NCBI GenBank assembly: GCA_965200315.1
Contig: OZ241362.1
Span: forward strand, 1,888,001-1,952,000
From: Candidatus Latescibacterota bacterium
Lineage (GTDB): Bacteria > Latescibacterota > UBA2968 > UBA8231
Reading direction: 5' to 3'
DNA length: 64,000 nt
Part shown: positions 58,963 through 64,000 of the stretch, piece after piece
How positions within the stretch are numbered: the first letter of the stretch is position 1
Layout of the letters: every line of letters begins with the position of its first letter
Program-made: the position numbers and the translations under genes
Notes under the pieces: model-generated
The model's input: the letters and a program-made list of their open reading frames with translations, nothing else
Told to the model about the DNA's origin: nothing
Databases searched by the model: none

Positions 58963-61900
58963 TTAAACCTCGTCGCCTTTGGTCAGGCTTGGGAGCTCGC
59001 CGCGGGCCAGTTGGTCGTAGGCGCAGAGGACGTAGCGTTGGGTGCGGTATTCGCCAAATTCCTGCATCTCGTTGCGTTTGAGGGCTGGGAAGGACGCGCT
59101 CGGCGCGGGTGCGTCTAAAATCCATTCGAGGTCGGCGCGGTCTAGCTGGTATAGGTGCGCGAAAATGGCGTCTAGTTCGCACTTGAGGGCGTGGCGGCGG
59201 TCGTCGTCGTAGGAAAAGGGCGGGCCGTCGTAGCCAAGGTCGCGGGCGAAGCCTTCGAGGTCGGCGGCGGTGTACGTTAGCTCCAAGACGCGGGGGACGA
59301 TGAGTTCGACGTATCTGAGGCCGGGGAGCACTTCGTCGAGATAGGCTTCCGGCGGCAGGACGGGGAGTTGCTTGACGATGAAGAAGCTAAGATCTGTACC
59401 GCCAATCGCGGAGCGAGCCGCGAAGTCCAGCACAAGTGAATTGAGAGTTGAGACGAACAGGGCCGCAGCCTCAGCATCTTCGATATGGAGAAGTGGTGCC
59501 CGATCGCTCATGCCTGACCTCGGGACGAACGAAGCGATGCCGGTCCTCTCATTAGTGGCATTGGTGGTTTTTCGGAAGGGGATGATCCAACGTCCAGAGT
59601 AATGACGGCTCCTTTGTGACCAAGACCCGTCTTTGGAATAAGAGACGCTATCACTGTTCTCTGGTTGGTTGCTGTCGTGATCAGTCTCAAAGCCAACTTC
59701 CATTCTTGAGTCGGACGACCGTTCCCTTGCCCAATCCACTTCGCGGCACGATGGTGCTGATCGTCGTCCGTATGTCGGTCGATCTGGCGATGACTCGTAT
59801 CGCGATGTAGTACCGCGACCGATCCGATCCGATCCGATCCGATCCGATCCGATCCGATCCGATCCGATCCGATCCGATCCGATCCGATCCGATCCGATCC
59901 GATCCGATCCGATCCGATCCGTCAAAAATGGGGCTGTTTCGGTTTTGTCAAGTCTTTTTTTCACTTCTTCTTCCGGCACCCAATACCTCGGCAAAGGCAC
60001 TTGCTGCGCGTCCTCCTTTTCCGCCGCGGTCATGGGCCGGGCCTTGCCGCCTTGGCGGTCTTTTTCCGAAGCCCCCTCGAATGTGGCGAAGCGGTGATCG
60101 TACTGGTGAAACAGCTTGGCCTCGTAGAGCGGCAAGCAGGCTTCAACAGGCTCGGTGCTCGCTGCGTGCTCCCCTCCGCCCTCCTGCTGTCTTGTCGCGG
60201 GACGCACAAACACATTGCCCACAAGCTGCCAGCCCGCTTCTTCCAACTGCTCGCGGGTGCGAAAGAGGCCAGAGTCACTTGTCATATTGAACATTTGCAT
60301 GAACGTGACGCCCCAAGGGTTCTCCTCCGGCTCTGCACCTTTCGCTTCCTTCCACAACACACCGGCGCGGTCGTACATCTTGCGGGCAATTTCCATGTCG
60401 CGGCGGGTGCGGAAGATGGGGCAGGTGCGGGTGTTGGGATTGAACAGGGCGAAATCCTCGGCTGACAGGGCGAACCGCCGCGCCGAATCGCGCAGTTGCT
60501 CGGCCTGGTACAGAAAGAAGGCGAACTCGGCCTGTGGACAGGGGCGGTCCGCGCCGGTCAGGGTGAGCAGGCAGAATTTGATGCGGCTGTCTATGCTCGG
60601 AAACACCTTTTCCCGGTTCTCAAAGTCGTAGAGGCTGACGAGCCTTTTCTTCGTAACAATTTCGTCGAAAAACGCTTTGGTCGAATTATCCGTGGCAATG
60701 CCGGAAGGTACGATCAGGCCGGCGTGTCCCTCTGGCGATAGGAGTCGGAGAAACGTTTCTGCAAACAAAGCATAGCTGTTCAATTTGCCGTACGCTGTCA
60801 ATGGATGTCGTCCGCCACTACGACAAAATGCGTCCCTTGCATCGTATATGCGACTATCCAACTGGTACTGCTTCCAAAGTGGAGGATTGTGTTCCGCGAG
60901 TTGGGAGATGGCTCTCTTCCGTTCCGCACCCGACAAATCGGCAATGCTGGGTGCGCGTACTGCAAAGTACTCTTTTTCCGCGAGTTGAGACACCTCCCAC
61001 GGCGGATTCCCCAACACCACGTCAAACCCCCCGTCCTGCATGACCTCGGCAAAGGCGAGATGCCAGTGAAAAAAGCAGTGCTCGCGGGCTAGCTTGCCAA
61101 CCGCCTCGCCGACGCCGGGCCGCATGACCAAGCCGGCTTTGAGGCGATTGAAATCCTCGATGAGCGGCACCGCGTCGGTGCTGCCCCGCGTCTTTTTTGC
61201 AAAATACGCCCCGACAAACAAATTCGCCCGCAGTTCCTCTCTTGTGCGCTCTTCCTGTACACGCATGGCCTCATACGCGGTGCGCTTGCGCTCTACATCC
61301 TCAATCGTCTCCTCGGGCATGTCGCCGAAGTCGAGGGTCGCTACCGCCACTTCGAGCAAACTATCTTCGTCGAACAAGTTGCCCTGTACCTCATCTCCCG
61401 CTTGGCGGTTGCGCTTTTTGAGCTCGGTACAAACAGCCTTGTCATCGCCGGTCAAGGGCTTGTACGCAGCGGCCGGAATGCCGTTTGCCATGATCTCCGG
61501 GTCGAGGACGCCCACGAGGCTGTCACCGTGCAGAATGTGCGCGTCGAGAAAGCTCAGCGGCTTGCCCGGCTCCACGGTTTCGATCCACAGGGCGGTCTTG
61601 CACAGCTCAACCGCCAGCGGATTGCGGTCCACGCCGTAGATGCAGTTTTGCACCACTTCCCGCAGCGCATGCTGACGCACGGTTTCGTCGGAAGTAGGCC
61701 CACTCGAGCCGAGGCTTACTATTTCGGCCGCCATGCGCCGCGCCGCGGCCAACAGGAAATGCCCCGAGCCGCACGCCGGATCGATGACTCGCAAGGCGAG
61801 GATCGCTTCTCTCGGATCTTCAGGATGATCGGCGACAGCTTGAGCTAAGACAGGCTCCAGCGTCGATTTGATCAGCTCATTTACCAGAGTCTCGGGCGTG

Positions 61901-63306
61901 TAGTACGAGCCCGTTAGCTTGCGCTCGGAGCCTCTGCTCTTTTCGCTGCTGAGGCCATCGCCAACAAAGCCAAAAGCACAAGGCGCAGCACTCATGTCCA
62001 CCACAGGCTGAAGCTCCAAGAGGCTTTCGTACACCGAGCCGAGCTCTTCGGTGCCCATGTCTCGATAGTTGACGCGGGCGAGAGCCTCGTCAGTGCGGAA
62101 GGACGCTAAGTTTCGCACCGCCTCCAAAAGCCGCTCATTGGCAATGAAGGCCTCTTCCAAAGCCGGGCACTGATCTCGGCGGAACAGGCCCCCTAAAGCC
62201 GGCAATCCCAGCGCAGGCTCCCCTCGGGCGAGCGCACCGAAGATAATCCGCAGGCCCACATAGAGATCATGGTGGTGGTCGTAATGGCGTCGGCGCAAAG
62301 CGCGTTCGCGCAACCGAGAAAGGGAATACCCCTCGGTAAACAGGTCGCGCTGTTTTTTGGTGGCCCCCGGGGTGTGCAGCAGGTCGCGCTCTTCGGCCGT
62401 AAAGAGAAAGAGCAGGCGATAAATGAACCGGAGAAGCTGCTGGAAATAGCCCTCGGGCGAGAGCGTACCCTCGCTGAGGGCGGCGCACAAAGCAGCGTTG
62501 TTCGGGTGCTGGAGGAAACCATTGCCGATCTGCCGCAGGGCTTTGGTGACGCCAGTGCGGAGGTTATCTAAGGCGCGTTCACCGGTCTGATGCGCTTGCG
62601 TGCGCCAGCTTTCGATGATGCAACTAGACGGCTGGCCATTGGTTGGCTGCAACCGGCTGGCATGAGCGGTGAGCCAAAGGGCCGCAAAATCCGCATAGAG
62701 CCCCTCCGCGAACATGCGGTCCAAGTCGGCCTCAATGCAGGCGGGCCGCGTCAGGCTGGAGTTGTCGCGGAGCAGGCGCAGCTTTGCACCGTTGGAAATG
62801 ATCCCCCACAAAGAAGCGTCCTCGGCGTTGAGGTACTCTTGCATCAATCCGTGCGGTGCTTGCTGGCGTCCCTCGTGCCCAAACCGCGGATCGGCCTTGT
62901 CGAGTTCAAAGCCGTGCGTGGTCAACAAAAGGGGCACTGACTCGCTACAAGCGCGGTGGGTTAGAGCAAACCGGCGATCTCCGAGCGCGACGCTCGCAGA
63001 CGCGGTCAAATCGCCGTAGCCGAGGATGTCGCGCAACAAAGGCACAAGCCATTCGCCCACGCCGACGTGGTCTGCGCTGAGTTCGCGGCGCGGACAGCGC
63101 TCGGAATAACTCGCGTACAGATCGTTGGCAATGCGCCAATAGCGGGCCAGTTCCTCTTTGAGCGCGAGGGACTTAGAGAGGCCGTAGGCCATGCCGGTCT
63201 GTTTGGGAGCGTCCAATGCGGCGATGGTCTGGAGAAACTCAGGATGCAAAATGCCGCCTTTGATCCTGATAGCAATGAATCCGTGATCTTTTCGCGTTCG
63301 TGCCAT
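58963..63306 (-). CDS. type IIG/DrmMI-like REase-N6 methyltransferase with phase-variable TRD
   Basis: LGSVYESLL, GSYYTP, IDPACGSGHF, GNPPW, FNPNTRTCPIFR, PLYEAKLFHQYDHR, PRYWV; contains the (GGATC)20 tract. Confidence 0.9.
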   Translation of the reverse strand: MARTRKDHGFIAIRIKGGILHPEFLQTIAALDAPKQTGMAYGLSKSLALKEELARYWRIANDLYASYSERCPRRELSADHVGVGEWLVPLLRDILGYGDLTASASVALGDRRFALTHRACSESVPLLLTTHGFELDKADPRFGHEGRQQAPHGLMQEYLNAEDASLWGIISNGAKLRLLRDNSSLTRPACIEADLDRMFAEGLYADFAALWLTAHASRLQPTNGQPSSCIIESWRTQAHQTGERALDNLRTGVTKALRQIGNGFLQHPNNAALCAALSEGTLSPEGYFQQLLRFIYRLLFLFTAEERDLLHTPGATKKQRDLFTEGYSLSRLRERALRRRHYDHHHDLYVGLRIIFGALARGEPALGLPALGGLFRRDQCPALEEAFIANERLLEAVRNLASFRTDEALARVNYRDMGTEELGSVYESLLELQPVVDMSAAPCAFGFVGDGLSSEKSRGSERKLTGSYYTPETLVNELIKSTLEPVLAQAVADHPEDPREAILALRVIDPACGSGHFLLAAARRMAAEIVSLGSSGPTSDETVRQHALREVVQNCIYGVDRNPLAVELCKTALWIETVEPGKPLSFLDAHILHGDSLVGVLDPEIMANGIPAAAYKPLTGDDKAVCTELKKRNRQAGDEVQGNLFDEDSLLEVAVATLDFGDMPEETIEDVERKRTAYEAMRVQEERTREELRANLFVGAYFAKKTRGSTDAVPLIEDFNRLKAGLVMRPGVGEAVGKLAREHCFFHWHLAFAEVMQDGGFDVVLGNPPWEVSQLAEKEYFAVRAPSIADLSGAERKRAISQLAEHNPPLWKQYQLDSRIYDARDAFCRSGGRHPLTAYGKLNSYALFAETFLRLLSPEGHAGLIVPSGIATDNSTKAFFDEIVTKKRLVSLYDFENREKVFPSIDSRIKFCLLTLTGADRPCPQAEFAFFLYQAEQLRDSARRFALSAEDFALFNPNTRTCPIFRTRRDMEIARKMYDRAGVLWKEAKGAEPEENPWGVTFMQMFNMTSDSGLFRTREQLEEAGWQLVGNVFVRPATRQQEGGGEHAASTEPVEACLPLYEAKLFHQYDHRFATFEGASEKDRQGGKARPMTAAEKEDAQQVPLPRYWVPEEEVKKRLDKTETAPFLTDRIGSDRIGSDRIGSDRIGSDRIGSDRIGSDRIGRGTTSRYESSPDRPTYGRRSAPSCREVDWARERSSDSRMEVGFETDHDSNQPENSDSVSYSKDGSWSQRSRHYSGRWIIPFRKTTNATNERTGIASFVPRSGMSDRAPLLHIEDAEAAALFVSTLNSLVLDFAARSAIGGTDLSFFIVKQLPVLPPEAYLDEVLPGLRYVELIVPRVLELTYTAADLEGFARDLGYDGPPFSYDDDRRHALKCELDAIFAHLYQLDRADLEWILDAPAPSASFPALKRNEMQEFGEYRTQRYVLCAYDQLARGELPSLTKGDEV
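59488..59812 (-). other. three tandem homologous TRD cassettes in three different frames
   Basis: C1 (59812) YYIAIRVIARSTDIRTTISTIVPRSGLGKGTVV; C2 (59702) WKLALRLITTATNQRTVIASLIPKTGLGHKGAVI; C3 (59589) WIIPFRKTTNATNERTGIASFVPRSGMSDRAPLL. Confidence 0.85.
59821..59920 (-). repeat. pentanucleotide microsatellite (GGATC)20
   Basis: 20 perfect GATCC units on the + strand; encodes (GSDRI)n with no stop in any frame. Confidence 0.98.
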
Positions 63307-63376
63307 TTTTGTCTTTTATCACCCGTTTTCCGCGTTCGTGAGCACACTGAGCCTGTCGCAGGGCACTTTATCCCTT

Positions 63377-64000
63377 TCACAAACTCGCCATGGGCATAAA
63401 AACATAGACCCCGATCTTGTCAACAGGCAGCACCGGAATCACGTCGTATCGCAGGCCCTTAGCATCGCTGGCCTCGCGGATGCGCCGATGGTCCGCCAAC
63501 AACTCCCGCGCCCGCTCGTGTGCGAGGCGATCAAACGTGTCTTCTAGGGCGGGGACCGCATCGCGGGCTTGCCTAATGAGGTGAGTTTTCTGGGCGTCTT
63601 CCATGTTGCGGCCCGGATCTGAGGACAGTAGCGACAGCGCCTTTTCCTCGGTCAATAGTTCAGGGTCGTTGCCCCCGCGAACCGCGACCCCAAGACACTC
63701 CTCGGTTAGGAGCGACTTCAGAGGCGCGTACCGGCCGTTGGCACCGCGCTGCTCCACTCGAAGCTGACTGCGCAGACGCAGCAGGTAGAGCACGGTGCGT
63801 GTGCTGATTTCTCGGGCGAACATGGCACTTGCCCGGGCACCGAGATCGGGTTGCCCGGCGTCGAGGGCCTGTTCAGCCACGTAATCAGCGAGTGCCGCAA
63901 CCAGCCGATGGGCCCGGTGGATATAGTCCGCCCCGGTTGGCGCAGGTTGGGCAAAGGCAAGTCTTGCAGCCGCTTTGAAGCCCATGGCATCGAGGCGGTC
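63377..64000 (-). CDS. C-terminal part of a probable SNF2/DrmD-like helicase (5' end outside window)
   Basis: HRAHRLV...RARELLADHRRIREAS...PVDKIGVYVFMP ending, typical of helicases preceding such MTases; motor motifs not visible. Confidence 0.6.
   Translation of the reverse strand, partial: DRLDAMGFKAAARLAFAQPAPTGADYIHRAHRLVAALADYVAEQALDAGQPDLGARASAMFAREISTRTVLYLLRLRSQLRVEQRGANGRYAPLKSLLTEECLGVAVRGGNDPELLTEEKALSLLSSDPGRNMEDAQKTHLIRQARDAVPALEDTFDRLAHERARELLADHRRIREASDAKGLRYDVIPVLPVDKIGVYVFMPMASL

Noticed and set aside
59821-59920. Functional (GSDRI)n protein repeat or pure assembly artefact
   Set aside because: Perfect 5-nt periodicity with no synonymous variation indicates a DNA-level SSR; its position before frame-staggered cassettes argues against artefact, though the exact count is uncertain
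1-64000. tRNA, rRNA, integrase, DDE transposase or reverse transcriptase (retron/DGR)
   Set aside because: None recognised; the NDT-like gene has no adjacent RT and the TRD cassettes do not show adenine-specific TR/VR divergence

Overview
GC-rich bacterial window. Its gene content (DUF6785/6784-type membrane proteins, a PorV-like gene, FlgD/T9SS-like C-terminal domains, a sulfatase) suggests an FCB-superphylum lineage such as Latescibacterota; this is inference only. Left to right it holds: (1) an ilvC-leuA-leuC-leuD-leuB operon with a Leu/Ile/Val-rich leader peptide and a methyltransferase/nuclease pair inserted between leuD and leuB; (2) OPT-like and DUF6785-like membrane genes, dppA, and a defence island (type IIG R-M, NDT-like protein, SNF2 helicase, DUF4258/YgiT pair); (3) a giant M28-peptidase-like/FtsX fusion, a secreted HEXXH protease and a TonB receptor-secreted protein-PorV triad; (4) Mg2+ transport, oxidoreductase, sulfatase, GH2 and ABC-binding genes with REP-like repeats; (5) an Rpn nuclease with a duplicated RpnS-like C-terminus; (6) a helicase plus a second type IIG/DrmMI-like methyltransferase. 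The main finding is in that last gene. A (GGATC)20 microsatellite sits directly before three homologous ~36-codon target-recognition cassettes, each in a different reading frame, and an internal SD/ATG could supply the shared C-terminus. This looks like a three-state, frame-selected phase-variable specificity switch. Five apparent single-base frameshifts elsewhere may be consensus errors. Family assignments come from motif recognition, not database searches.
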